The position numbers and the translations under genes were made by a program. Below the pieces are notes generated by a model. That model was not told the origin of the DNA and made no database searches. It worked only from the letters and a program-made list of their open reading frames with translations. From positions 123,938,001 through 124,002,000 of the forward strand of contig OX597815.1 in the NCBI GenBank assembly GCA_951406725.2: DNA of 64,000 nt, in the 5' to 3' direction. Each line of letters opens with the position of its first letter. Positions within the stretch are counted from its first letter, which is position 1. Positions 13,996-27,697 of the stretch are shown piece by piece. Source of the DNA: Octopus vulgaris (taxonomy: Eukaryota).

Positions 13996-15550
13996 TGGTG
14001 GACTGGCGTTACTGCGTACGCAGTTGCTTGTAAGTCATAGAAACCGAAATGACCGCCAACGTAATGGTGCTGTAGCCTAGAGACAGTCATAGTGAAGGCA
14101 AATTCAGATTAAATAATTATCTTATTTGGTATCATTATCAAAAGCAGTTCTTTCTAATCAGGATGTGCTAATTAAGTTAGACACAATCTGAGTCAAAAAT
14201 AGCCAAAATCTATAGATTTTTATTTACATCTAATTCAACTTAGGCAATATAAGATACAGAAACTCTTTACTATGGTAGTAATACTTTGAGTCATATTCGT
14301 TTCATTTAAAGTTGACATATTTTCTATTGCATAGCCTGAGTAAAGGAAATAAACGCTTTATTGCGCTTAGTTGTTCTTTATCATTATACACTGCATTACA
14401 CAAAATTTTTACTGCAGTCTTTCTTTCTTTCTTTTTTTCTTTTTCGTTTTCTTTCTTTTTGTTTATCACATTTCGACATCTTGTATGCTGGTTTTCTGGA
14501 GAGACCTGTGTGAAATGCATCTTCAAGTTCTGGCTCTCAAAATTTTGCCTTCCATATTCAAACTTCGTTTTGCATATGAATCACACTGTCAAAGAGGATT
14601 TTAAAATGAAATTACCACAAAGCGAAACCTTAATTGTTATCATTATCGCTATTATCATAATTATCATTAATTGACACATTATCAGCATATGAAGAGCATG
14701 GGAATTTCAGTACTTAATACATCAAATTTGTTCAAAGCCATTTACAGCACTGCTATTACAATAATGTGTTGATTTTGTTAGCATTGTCAACACCGTTCAC
14801 TCTATTTCGAACTCAAATAATTGTGAAGTTAACCTTATGCTTTCGAATGTTCCACTATTGTATTGAATTGTTCGTAAAAGCATGGAATGATTAAGTCTTA
14901 CGCATAACCTCAAACGCACGCGCAGGAACACACACTTATGCATTAATATTCGTAAACATATTGCTGCGACTAATATAGACATTCTACGCGCAAGCACTCG
15001 CACTAGTGCATACACGTGCATGCGCGTGCACACATGGATATTTCTATTTTGTATTGATCTCCTTGTTCATCTCAGCCCTTTGGTATCTTTTACCAAATAT
15101 GATGAAGGTTTAATTCACCAATTTTTATTAACACGGATATAAGACGCGACATTTAAATGATAGCTATTGTCGATGATATTGAGTTCAGTTCTTAACTGCA
15201 ACTTATTCTATCGATTCAAAAAGAATGAATGGAGAAGTAGGCCTCAGCGAGATTTGAACGTAAAAGCACGCAAATGTAAACCATAAAGCATTTTGTCACT
15301 CTGCTAATTATATCAATCCACCGCCTCTGTATTTGTTTTTACATTATATCACTCTTACTCTCTGTCTACACACATACACATGTATGTATGTATTTATGCA
15401 TGAATGTATGTATGTATGTATGTATGAATGTATGTATGTATGTATGTATGTATGTATGTATGTATGTATGTATGTATGTATGTGTGTGTGTATGTATGTA
15501 TGCGTGTATGTGTGTGTGTATGTGTGTATGTGTGTATGTATGTATGTATG

Positions 15551-15609
<59 letters not shown>

Positions 15610-15764
15610 GTGTATATATATATATGTACGTGTGTATATATATGTATGTATGTATGCAACTGTGTATGTATCTATGAGATGGTGGACTACTGAAAGTAAT
15701 GCGAACATGATTTTTTATTAACTGAAATAGGCCGGTCAAATTGCATATGTTGTTAGAATAATTC

Positions 15765-16873
15765 TTCTTCTCTTGAAAAGTACTGCATAACATAGTTACT
15801 AATACAAGTGATGCACTTACAATATCGCTGGACCCAATTAAAAAACTTCAGATATGCCCTCTTGTCCTCGCTGCTTCACATTTACTTTTACCTCGTCTGT
15901 GTCACGAAATCGTTATTCTTGAAGGCTATCCTTCTTTAGAGCAAACTGGTGAAAATCGTTGGGCGCCAGATCAGGACCGTATTGCGAATGAGGAGATCAC
16001 CTAACAGCCAGATTTGCCGATAGGCAGATTTGTTGCCAAAGAAGTATGTGGTCACTCATGATCATGGTGAATGTGGATCGTTTTCAGATTCTTATCCGGG
16101 TACGTTCTCTGTATGGCTTCTCTACGCTATTTTAGTGTCTCAGTGTACCGCTCATAGCTATGTTCCAGAAAATGATGGCTAACGACGCTTTTGTCATTCC
16201 CCAAAACAGTCAAAATTACTTTCTCTGTTCTTTGGAGAGGGTTGTGATGCTATTCCATGAACTAAGCCTTTATATCCGTATCATAATGATAGGGTTACGT
16301 TCTATATTGTCACTAGAGCGGTTAAAACGAGTCTTCATTAGCTTCGAATACTTCCAGCAGAACTGAGCAGCCAATTGGGATCTAACCACTGAAAATGTAT
16401 ATAAAGCGGTTTTCACTTCACATACACTTTTAGATACCTAAATTCTTCTATAACCTTCTGTGACGCAAGCTCACGTATTATGAATCGTTTGTCCGCGTGG
16501 ATCTATTCGTTCACTCGTTGTCGATTCGTGTTAGTGATTGCTGGTGGTGGCTACACACTGTTCCTTTTTTCTTCAATGCTTCTTTCTTTTCTTTAAACTT
16601 TTTCAACCATCTGTGCACAAGGCTCTTCTCAAAGGTATCTTCCTCATTAACGACTGTAGCCTTCTGTAAATGTCGTATGCATCCTGCCTTCGCGAAGAAC
16701 TTAATGCCGGAAGGTTGTTTCTGCTTAGAGCCCATTATTTTCCTGAAGTTAAGAACAGGAAGAAGATTCACCATAGAAAAGGAGTTACTCAAGCAACACA
16801 TGCAATTTGAATGACTTGTGCCAGTTACTAAAAAAAGTTACCCCAAATTTGCATTACTGTCGGGAAAACACTC

Positions 16874-16876
<3 letters not shown>
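15765..16876 (-). mobile_element. Highly degraded mariner element
   Basis: The minus strand encodes YGPDLAP (a YSPDLAP homolog, ~15960-15982) and the HTH remnant SLVHRWLKKFKE. TIR-like cacgagtg...agtaatgca at the right end. Confidence 0.7.
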
Positions 16877-16917
<41 letters not shown>

Positions 16918-17056
16918 GCATACATACCCTCAACATATAACACATGCATAGCATATAAGACTTTCAAAACAGATCAGACATACACTACATACATACATAC
17001 ATACATACATACATACATACATACATACATACATACGTGCATACATACATATATAA

Positions 17057-17131
<75 letters not shown>

Positions 17132-17137
<6 letters not shown>

Positions 17138-17669
17138 AATACTAAATTTCTAAATCTCTCGTAGAGACATGTACGGTGGTGGGGCGATAGAATGGTTGTA
17201 TACTGTCAATCTAACACGAACGTGACAGTAGGTGGGGGGGTACACCGCCGCTGTATAGCCCTAGGAAGCATCGACGCCTCCTGATGGCTTTGACACATTT
17301 TTCCTGTGTCCTTATATACATTTACGAAGGGGAGTCTCTACGAGAGATTTAGAAATTTAGTATTTCTGATTTTGATAATCAGTGAATAGACTTCACTGAA
17401 ATTTAGATATATACGTTACGAGTCGAGGCAAATATCAATGGGTGACCGGTGTCTGCTAGTCTAGGCCGACGAAGGACAATCATCCTGAAACACGTATCCC
17501 TAGATGCAGCTCGGGCGGCTGGGGGTATTTGTCTCCCCATCGTAAATGTATATAAGGACACAGGAAAAATGTGTCAAAGCCATCAGGAGGCGTCAATGCT
17601 TCCTAGGGCTATACAGCGGTGGTGTACCCCTCTACTGTCACGTTCGTGTTAGATTGACAGTATACAACC

Positions 17670-17672
<3 letters not shown>
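17132..17672. mobile_element. Short HHR-bearing element (pLTR/retrozyme-like) with a partial inverted copy, set in (TA)n
   Basis: 17132-17168 is the reverse complement of 17334-17370, and 17191-17334 of 17533-17672. (TA)n lies on both sides. Confidence 0.85.
17460..17504 (+). ncRNA. Minimal type-I hammerhead ribozyme motif (CCGACGA core variant)
   Basis: tctagg-CCGACGA-agga(caatca)tcct-GAAA-cacgta-TC-cctaga. Stems I and II are perfect; stem III is near-palindromic. Confidence 0.7.
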
Positions 17673-17737
<65 letters not shown>

Positions 17738-18217
17738 GTGTGTGTATATATATATGTATATATATCAATGAATAAGATATATAACAATAAGAAAATGAAA
17801 TCTATGATCGGTAAGATGAGTAATATGTATAATAATGGTAGGGGTGTGATTGAGTCGAATGGGTCCTTCTCTAATAATGACATAAATACCAATAATGAGG
17901 CCATATTTGAACATCAAATAGTGACTTCAGGAGGTAGTAGGAGAATGGATAGGATTCATTTTCATAAACATAAGAAGACTGGAAAGAATAGTGTAGTCTG
18001 GTATAATGTTCCTTATAACTGTGCTATATCTACCAATATATTTATAATAAATTCATGGTAGTTTTAGAAAAAAAAACTTCCCAGCTTCCCACGGGTACAA
18101 TAGAATCTTCTCCCGTAAGACAATCAGAATCTCATATTCTACGCTTCCCAATATAGGTATTATTATAGCCGGTTTTAATAGCAGAATTATAAAATTCGCA
18201 CGAGGGGTTTATAATAA

Positions 18218-18398
18218 TTCTTACTACTATAGGCACAAGACCTGAAATTTTGAGGAGGGGGATAGTCGATTACATCGACCCCGGTATTCAGCTAGTACTT
18301 CATCGACCCCGAAAGGATGAAAAGAAAAGCTGACCCCGGCGGAATTTGAACTCAGAACGTAGCGGCAGATGAAATACCGCTAAACATTTTACTCGGCG
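18218..18398 (-). mobile_element. Family-A SINE nested in the PLE relic
   Basis: Family-A unit with an imperfect acgaggg..t.at.ataat duplication on each side. Confidence 0.75.
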
Positions 18399-18601
18399 AC
18401 GAGGGATTAATGATAATGTTAATATTGTCAATAGTGTTTTAAATTCCTGTAATAATGATAATAATAGTGGGTGTGTAGGAATTCAGAACAATAAAACTAA
18501 TAAGTATAATATAATCAATGATACCGCTTTAAATAATAACTCAGGCAATATTGACACAATACCTAACCATGCTACAATGAATTTAAATGATACTATAAAC
18601 G

Positions 18602-18602
18602 A

Positions 18603-18663
<61 letters not shown>

Positions 18664-18668
18664 ATTAT

Positions 18669-18740
<72 letters not shown>

Positions 18741-18744
18741 TAAC

Positions 18745-18795
<51 letters not shown>
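18602..18795. repeat. (ATT)n followed by (TAA)n microsatellite
   Basis: Directly visible. Confidence 0.95.
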
Positions 18796-20093
18796 CTTCA
18801 AAGCAAGCGGCAGAGTATTGTGGTTACCATCAGGAGAAACATGGGTGAACCCGACAGTCGTGGGTACAGGTATTTAGGGATTTTGGAGCTAGATGACAGT
18901 CTACACAGAGAAATGAAAGTCAAGGTCAGTGAAGCGTATCACAAAAGGGTGAAGATGGTGTTGAAATCCAACCTGAATGCCTAAAATTTGATTACCGCAA
19001 TGACTATCTGGGTAGTTGCAGTTGTCAGATATTGTACGTCCATCCGCAGATGGACTAAGGAGGAAATATCAACACTGAATAAAAGGACGAGAAAGTTGAT
19101 GACGCTGCATGGGGCGCTACACCTTAAAGCAAACGTAAACAGACTGTATATGAAAAAAAAGAATGGTGGTAGAGGACCATTTAGTATAGACCATTGTATA
19201 AGGTGTGAAAGGAGAACGCTTGCCGAGTATTTGATAAATTGTGACAAAGACCTGCTGCAATATGCCATGAAAGATATGGGTGTAAATGCAAATGAAATGA
19301 TGGGTAAAGAAGAGCTTGACCAAAGAGCTGAGGAGAAGGGAAAAGAAGACCTTCTTGAAATGAGAATGCACAAGTAATACACAAGACGTTAAAGATAATA
19401 CAGCATCGTGGGCATGGCTTGAGTGAGGTGATTTGAAGAGTATCACCGAAAGCCTAAACATCTCGCTTCCAATTCAGTGAAGTATAATATCTATAAAACT
19501 TCTGATACCCAGAAATGCAGACTCTGTGAAAGAGTGTGGAAAATGTGACCTACTTGGTAAGTGGATGTGAGAGCCTTGCACTAAAAGAATACAAACGCCG
19601 CCACGATAAAGTGTGTGTGTATCTTCATTGGCTCTTATGGAAAAGTAACGATATTCTGGGACTGTGATTTTCAGACAGAACGTGTAATCGAACACCGTCG
19701 GCCGGATATTGTCATCTTGAAAAGAGAGACAAATACCATCAGATCATTGACGTAGCCATACCAAATGACATGAATGTTGTGAGTAAAGAGGTTGAAAAAA
19801 AATCACCAAGTACTCCGAATTAAAAGTGAAAATGGCAAGACTGTATGGAGTGCGAGAGGGTAATGTAAAAGTGATACCACTGGGGATCGGAGCGTTGGTC
19901 TCACTCTCATTGAAACTTCAAAACTTCTGAAGGCAACTGGAAATCCCATGCAAAGTTGATGTCTTGCAAAAGGAAGCCTTATTGAGCACAGCGCACATCT
20001 TAAGAAAAGTATTACCTGTCTGAGGCCCTTGTTGTGACTTGACAGATGACTAAAGACTCCGGTGCATTTTTACCTATACTGTATAACGAAGGA
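18796..20093 (+). mobile_element. 5'-truncated R4/Dong-type (restriction-like endonuclease) non-LTR retrotransposon, decayed
   Basis: YRYLGILE (RT thumb), ALHLKANVNRLYMKKKNGGRG, CRLC...GC...EYKRRHDKV zinc knuckle, RPDIV...IIDVAIP...KY RLE motif. Flanked by (TAA)n. Confidence 0.88.
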
Positions 20094-21266
20094 ATTATAA
20101 TAATGATAATAATAATAATGACGACGACGACGACGATGATGATGATGATGATGATTATAATAATAATAGCAATAATATCCCTGGCTGCAACTGTAGGGTA
20201 AAATCCCAATGCCCATTATTAGGTCGTTGTTTAGCTCAAAATGTTTACAAATGTACAGTTTTGACTGATACTAATAGCTTTACTTATATAAGGTGCTCGA
20301 TAAATATGAAAAAAGCGCCTTAATAACCATCTTCCATCTTTTAGACTTAGATACAAAGCTAATAGTACATCTTTATCTAGTAAGATATGGGAGCTTAAGG
20401 AAAGCAGAGTAGATTTAGCCTCCAATGGGATATAGCACGGAGAACGCCACCATATAAAGATAGCGGATACGGATGCTAATTTTGTTCTATGGAAATTTAT
20501 GAGATTTTAAAGTACAGAGACAAGAATAACCATATCCTAATTGATAATAGATTAGAACTTAGGGTATCCTGCGTGCATAGCATCACTCACACATTTAAAT
20601 ATTTTGGAAATAAATATTATACTTATCATACTAGGATTTTATGGTAGAAATTATCTGGGATGTCATATCTTTCGTAACATACCTTCCAGTGTAGTAAATT
20701 ATATATTATATATAATATTGCCCTCGTATAACGCCTAACAGTTTAGTCTGCATTCATTCTATACAGTGATTGTACAGTTTTTCCTTCAGTACCAAGACTT
20801 TCTTCCCTGTCAGTCATAATAGGTATATTTATAATGAACTATCAGATCGGACGCCTCTCTTAGGTATACTTTATAACCCCAGGAACTATATGATTCTACA
20901 TACATCAGTGCCTGTAATATTACATCTTATTTTATAAAACCGCATCCAGTAGTATCCTCATCTGACTTTATTTATTTCCTAATTTGCTTTTTTAGGAATA
21001 CCTCGACCTATCCTTATTTATTTATTATTATTATTTATTTTTTCTTATCCTTTTTCTTTTTCTTCTTTTTTATCTTTTATCTTTCCTTATATCCAATATG
21101 TATCTTATGGTTTCAGCAATGAAAATGTTTTTAACCTTATGTCTATTTTTTAACCTTATGTCTATTTTTTTACCTTATGTCTATTTTTTATTGAAATTTT
21201 ATATAAATATGTCTATGTCTTCATTGTGTTTTTGGCGTATTTTATTTATTCTTTTATATTATATAA

Positions 21267-21640
21267 CTAGCAGTATCGCTCGGCGTTGCTCGGGTTTGTT
21301 TTCTTTTCGACCCTTTAGAAGTGAAATTTTTGAAAAGTAAAAGTTTTGCATTATGTAGCTTGTTATTCTCTTTAAGTGAACCTTTTTCTGGTTGAATTAC
21401 ACCAAAAAATGGCGACACAGCAGTCAAAAAATCGTAAAAAGTAGGGAATTTCATAGAAAAAAGGCACCTTTTTTATATAAATAATTTTTGGCGTTAACAT
21501 GATCCAATTTAAAATTTTTCTTCTACGGAAGGAAGAGCAAGCCTTCTATCATAATCTCAATTTTGGTCAACTTGCGCCGCAGGGTCTCGGAGGAGATAGT
21601 GTTAGTTGAAGGCTACTAAACCTGCCATACACAGACAATT
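21267..21640 (-). mobile_element. Non-autonomous Helitron 3' portion
   Basis: The minus strand ends in an imperfect GC hairpin (cccgagcaacgccgagcg) followed by atactgCTAG|T, matching the canonical Helitron 3' terminus. The 5' TC end was not located. Confidence 0.65.
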
Positions 21641-21919
21641 CACCTCGCAAAAATTGACACGTGAATGCTTACACAACTTAGTGAGATCATTTTCACGAAT
21701 ATTTTCATTGATATTAAGAGCACTTCCCGTTCGATTCGAGGCGATTCAGTCTGCAAAATAATTCTCTCATTTTGAGCTATTTTTTGACACCATTTTCAAC
21801 TGAGAACTCCTTAAAAAGGCACACTCAAAATTATTCTTAAAATTATTAATTGCTTTTTTTAACTACTTTTTGATTTCTTTATGTTCGATTGAATTAACAG
21901 CCAACTCTCGCACTCGTAT

Positions 21920-21980
<61 letters not shown>

Positions 21981-21984
<4 letters not shown>

Positions 21985-23305
21985 GTCGGCAGAGAAGAAT
22001 ACGGCGGAGACAGTCATTGTCGAACACCTCCAGCCTTCGCTGATCGGCTACCCTCATAGGCCATGTTTCACAACCATAGAGGAAGATAATACGAACGACG
22101 GTCCGGTAGATTCGCCCTTTGGTCACCGAGGAGATCTCTCTTCTGTCCCACAGGCACCGCTGGAGGCGCACAAATGCGGACCTGGCAACACCTATGCGAC
22201 GTTCGACCTCGGCTGCGCCCTGGCCTGTTGGAACCACGGTTGAACCCAAGTAGACCAAGGACTCTATATCCTCCAGCTCTACGCCCTCGAGAGCGATTGG
22301 CTGCCATTCATCTGCTGCGACCAGAGACGTCATCACTTTGGTTTTGCCAGCATTGATCCGAAGACCGACAGCTGCTGTCGCCGCATGCACCCTTTCGAGA
22401 GCATCTTGGGTATTTTCCCGGTTAGAGCCCAAGAGCGTGATGTCATCTGCATAGGCCAGGTCCGTCACCACGACTCCTCTCCCAGCCTCTACGCCCGGGT
22501 AATCCCGAAGCGCAGTGTTGAGAATGTAATCGATGGCGTAATTAAATAGGGTTGGTGAGAGCGCACAACCCTGTCGAACACCGGTAGTGACATCAAACGA
22601 CTCCGTCTCCCCGCAATAGACCCTCCCCTCACACGAGCCCTCGTTGAACGATAGTAACCCTGTATGAGGTTTAGCAGCTTCACAGGGATATCGTCCGCCT
22701 GCATAATACGCCAGAGGGCCTCCCGATCCACCGAGTCGAAGGCAATCGCAAAATCGATGAAGCAGAGAACAGTAGGTTGTTGGTGCACCCCTCGCTGTTC
22801 CAGGACTCGCCGGAGACTGAATATTTAATCAACGCACCCTCTCCCGGGACGGAAGCCGCCCTGAGAGGGACGTGTGCGGACATCACGGATAGCCTTGAAC
22901 CTCTTTAGAAGAAGGCTTGCAAAGGTTTTGGCAGCCACATCGATCAAGTTGATGGCCCTATAGTTGGAACACAGTTTTCTATCACAATTTTTGAAGAAAG
23001 GTAAAAGAGTTGCTTCGCTCCAGTCATCAGGAAAACGCTCCGTCGTCCACACAGTACAGAAGACACAATGGAGGCAGGCTGCGAAGACATCAGGCTCGGC
23101 CTTGTAGATCTCAGCTGGGACACCGTCCTCACCTGGGGCCTTGTTGTTCCAGAGATTTTTCAGGATACCGCACACCTCCTCGACCGTTGGAGGAGCAGTG
23201 TTGCACCCGTACTCTCCTCCAGGTGGCTGCACGTCGGTTGTCGTAGATGGAGGCAGGTGATTGAGTAGCTCGTAGAAGTGGTCCGGCCATCGGAACAGCT
23301 TGCTA
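21981..23305 (-). mobile_element. RTE-clade LINE reverse transcriptase fragment (frameshifted)
   Basis: KAPGEDG, NYRAINL, QGGFRPGRGCVD, FIDFAIAFDSVDRE, GVRQGC, LAYADDI, YLGS and LYGCETW across ORFs 22825-23232, 22489-22788 and 21863-22471. Confidence 0.93.
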
Positions 23306-23848
23306 GGATGAAATATTATGAGGCTTGTATTTTATATAAAGGTACTCTACTTTTTTAGGGCTTAAATTGGTTTATACATCCTTCCTCTAAATTTTAAAAT
23401 TTTATTAATTATTATACAAAATATAATAATATATAAATTTTGCTAAATTTTGGATATATATTTTCCCCCCTGTACCCTTAATGCCCATTTCGATCTCATT
23501 GTGACCTCCTTTGTTTTCTATTTTAGGCCGCTTTTAACAGATAATAATAATTAGTTTATGTCACCCCTATCCCCCTCTTTCTGGGCATATACCACCATCT
23601 TGCTGACATGTGAGATTTGTTTCTTTATGTAGTCATAGTGAATTTATAGCCGTAGTAAATTAGGGGTTTGGAAGGGCATCTGACATTAATTAATTTATCA
23701 TCAATAGCTAGAACTTAACTGTCAATTTCTAGTGGTTTTAATTCTTAGTGGACGTAGTATACTAGCTGATAAGGAGATAGATAAATGTAGCTATATTACC
23801 ATCTCATGACACTTCCTTGTTATTCTGTTCTGCTACTGCAAATTATGG

Positions 23849-23982
23849 TTGTAACAGAATTAAGTTCATTATACTACAATAATGACAACAGGCATGCAGT
23901 TCTTTTATTCTCTAGTTGTAGCAGAATTAAATTCATTCTGCTACAATAATAGCAACAGGGATGTAATTCTTTTATTCTCTAG
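23849..23982 (+). repeat. ~67-bp tandem duplication
   Basis: ttgta.cagaattaa.ttcatt...ttcttttattctctag occurs twice. Confidence 0.8.
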
Positions 23983-24254
23983 TACCGATGAAAAATGTGC
24001 TAAAAAATGATAACGGAGTATCCTGTATATTGAAAACCTACATGGTCTTATGCATCCGAGGAAGGCGGTGTATTTCAAATTGATGTAATGCTTGCATTAA
24101 TCGATTAAATGGAGTCGCCTGAAACAGCCATAATACACTAATACCTCGACATCCTTGTTACTTATTCACCTTACTTCGAGCTGTGCGGATAATTCCAGAT
24201 TGACTTAGTGCCTCAACTTAAGTACCTAATTCAACTCAATCTTAATTATTTCTT

Positions 24255-24583
24255 ATGGGTGACCCCCTTCGATCGTGAATGACCATGGGATTGCACCTAG
24301 AAAGTTACCCTCCGAGGCACAAGTCAGGGCAAGGTTGTTTTATGGAAGACCAGCAGTCGCCCATACATACCAGCCTCTCCTCTCCACACCACCAGCGTTA
24401 TCCAAGGGAAAGGCGAAGACCGATACAGCTTGGCACGTCGCGACTCATTTCTACAGGTGAGTGAACTGGAGCAATGTGAAATAAAGTGTCTTGCTCAAGA
24501 ACACAACACGCAGCCCGGTCTGAGAATCGAACACACAACCTCACGATCGTAAGCTCGACGCTCTAACCACTAACCATGCGCCT
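24255..24583 (-). mobile_element. tRNA-derived SINE, family C (internally deleted copy also at 25325-25458)
   Basis: The minus strand begins aggcgcatggttagtggttagagcgtc...ggttgtgtgttcgattc (A and B boxes), followed by the ttcttgagcaagacact core. Confidence 0.8.
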
Positions 24584-27548
24584 ACGTATACATGTATGTG
24601 TGTATGTATTTATATACATATACGCGCGCACATGTTTCGCAGTTTTTAATGGCCTCTCTGCATCCTGTTTTAATGATGTCTAAAATAGGTTTTATTTAAC
24701 CAGCCATTTATTTATAATTTAATGTTTCCTGAACTGAACACTTCCTTATAAGGTAGTCAGTTAAGAGATTACATTCACTTTCAAAGTAATTTACTGGAAG
24801 TCGCTACACGCCTTTTGTCTTGCGTCTGTTAAGAAAAATACAACCTTTTATTTAAAGCGTCCTTGGCCGAAATTTCGTTTCGTCTAATGAGGTCTATCTT
24901 TTGCTTTGTTGGAGACGGAAGTTTTAACTGGTTAAACATACAAATAGCCTAGGCGCTGTCCGTGTTGACATGACTGAACGGAAGCAGATGTATAAATATA
25001 CGAGAATTTAAAAGTTTTTTTCAATTTTATTTTTACATAAATTATCTATGAACATCAAGGTTAGTTTCTTCTATTGGAAAGCATTATGTAAAGAGTAGAT
25101 AAAAACTGTGAGTTGCGAAAATAAACAAACTTTCTGTTGTACATGATAATTTCTTTGGTGAGTTAAGATAATCGTCTTAAATGTCTAGATTATTAGGCTC
25201 ATTATTTCGAGAGTCTTTTTAAATGCTTTATATCACATTTTAATCAATCTAGTTTCTAACTGTCTTTGGGTACCACATTCCTATATATATATATATTTGC
25301 ACCTTGTTAAATCTAGTCAAGAGATTTATGGAAGACCAGCAGTAACCCATACATACCAGCCTCTCCTCTCCACGCCACCAATGTTATCCAAGGGAAAGTG
25401 TCTTGCTCAAGAACACAACACGCAGCCCGGTCCGAGAATCGAACCCACAACCTCACGAAACTGATTGGAAATTAAACTAATCGGAAACTAGATGAATGAG
25501 TCTTAGTGTCTTTAATATTTAAATAGTTTTCTCTTTTCACTTTATAATAAAATTTAATTATTTTCAATCTTGGTCAAAAGTATGAATACATTCATAAAAA
25601 CAGGCCTTTATGCGGTTCCTGAAGAAGTAAAGAAAAAATAAGGGATCTATATTATGATGAAAAAGACTTTAGTGTAGTGTTTAGTTACAAAGTCTAAGAA
25701 GGTAGTTCACAATATCAGGTAGGCTGCATGGTAACCCACATAGTTTATATTTACAAGTGTACATATAAGTTAATTTAATGAAACATTATTCATGAAACAA
25801 GGAACATAATAGTTAGGAATCTGCTGTAATATACGATAGATAATATTATAAAAGAAGTTTATAGTTACTGAAGACGAAATTAATAGAAATTAAAACTATT
25901 GCACATAATCACTTCACGTGATTCCACCCTACTATTCAAAGTTGCTATCTTTTGTTGGATATGACATAAGCATGTTGAATAAGAAAAAGAGAAACTGGGT
26001 AAGAGACCAATTCACTGAGAAAAGTGACATAGTTACCTCTGGACGTCTGAGGTAGAATTCAGAAATATTTTATAACCGTAAACCAAATCTTCCAGAATCT
26101 GTCAAAAAGTTATTGGTTAGGAGGAGGTGCATACATGCTTTAAAGTTTACCAACCATAACAAGTTAGCCTGTACTGATTGGTCGAGCCATATTCATGTCA
26201 GTTTTAATACATTTTATAGTAACACATTGATTTGAAGTCTGATTGACTTGCAAAATGATTTATATTCATCTCTCTGACGAAATCGTAAATCTTTCTGGAT
26301 GGTACCAACAGATAAATTTAACTAACGTACCAACAGATATATTTAACTATCTTCCTGAAAAGTAATTCCATTGCTACGTATAACCCTAATTTGATCTTTT
26401 TCCTTTGTTTTTGTACACAACAATTCCATTAATTGGTAAACAAAAAAAAATTGTATACGTTGCAGTATCCAAAATATTCAATAGAACACAAAATTGTGAA
26501 ATTATGTTTCAACATTAATTTATCATAATATATAATGTAAATTAACTTTATTATTTGTAACAAAATATATTTAGGAAAAAAATATTTTTCTTCAAAAAAA
26601 AAAAAAAAGTATGGTCAAAATGTTCGAAGACTATGAAAAGTATACGAAATAAGCACCCAATTTCTCTGTCAAGCTGCACATTTGCAAACATTTCAGCCAG
26701 TTCCAGCTCGTTAAAAATAGTTTTATAGGCTCAAAGATATAACAATCGAATTCCACTTGCAACAATGTGCAGTGTGTACGAACTTTGTTGATTCTTGCTG
26801 GTTTTCTGCACTTCAAATTCAGATCCTGTCGCGGGCAACTTTGCTTGTTATCATTTCAGGGTTAGGGGTCAAACCTAGTATGTGGTTTGATTCTTCTTCT
26901 TCTTCTTCTTCTTCTTCTTCTTCTTCTTCTTCTTCTTCTTCTTCTTGTTGCTTTCTCTAACTTTCTTTTTCTCTGTTTTTCTCTTTCTGTATTCTACTTA
27001 TAATTCTTTATGTCAAGTTGATTTGGCATGAAAACTGAGAGTACCCGTGTCTGTTTATTATTCAGCTACTTACATATTGATTTCATATGCAGCAATGTAC
27101 TTTGTCGCACGACGGAATACTCATCATTGACACTGACGAGGCTTCTATTCTGCTATAAAATATATATCATCTCGAGCCAATATAAGAATGTGTTACTTCC
27201 TTCTCCCAAATTTGTGTCTGGAAACTTGCGAAATTTTCAGATGAAAAAAATATTCCCAAAGGATGTGTTATGCCTAGAGTCGCTGTACAGTTGATATAGC
27301 TAGAGGCATTCTCCTTAATGTCGAGGACATCCTATGACAAGGAATGGTGTATTTAAGAGCTGTTTATTACTGTTTAGGAATATAAAACACACCAGCTCTC
27401 AGTCGTTTTCCATCAATGAAGGCTATCTCTATTTATTATTCTTTTATATCTGGAAGAATGTGAAGGATGCTGTTGCTTATTTATCTATCTATATTATCTC
27501 TGTCTCTGCCTGTTTGTTCTTTCGTTTGTCTGTCTATCTGTCTCACTT

Positions 27549-27612
<64 letters not shown>

Positions 27613-27697
27613 CTGTATTTATACATGCATGTATGAATGTATATATTTATGTATATACATACATATATAAATACGTGTATGTGTGTTTGTGTGTGTG

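Larger units (their letters stand above)
17960..20555 (+). pseudogene. Old Penelope-like ORF relic split by nested SINE and Dong-type insertions
   Basis: 17960-18200 encodes VVWYNVPYN...NRIFSRKTIRISYST, a homolog of VLWFNPAFN...YRIFNRRTLKVSYSC. 20210-20555 encodes the GIY-YIG remnant CPLLGRCL..VYKC..KKRLNNH..SLSSKIWELKE..C.FCSME. Confidence 0.8.

Noticed and set aside
15333-15793. Many ORFs rich in YI/HT/CV/MYVC repeats here and throughout the window
   Set aside because: They are translations of stop-free microsatellites, with no coding signal.
24048-24138. ccgagga-aggcg...cgcct-gaaac HHR-like motif (similar weak cases at ~1920-1962 minus and ~37680-37716)
   Set aside because: Stems I and III or the core are degenerate. 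Plausible relics, but not supportable individually.
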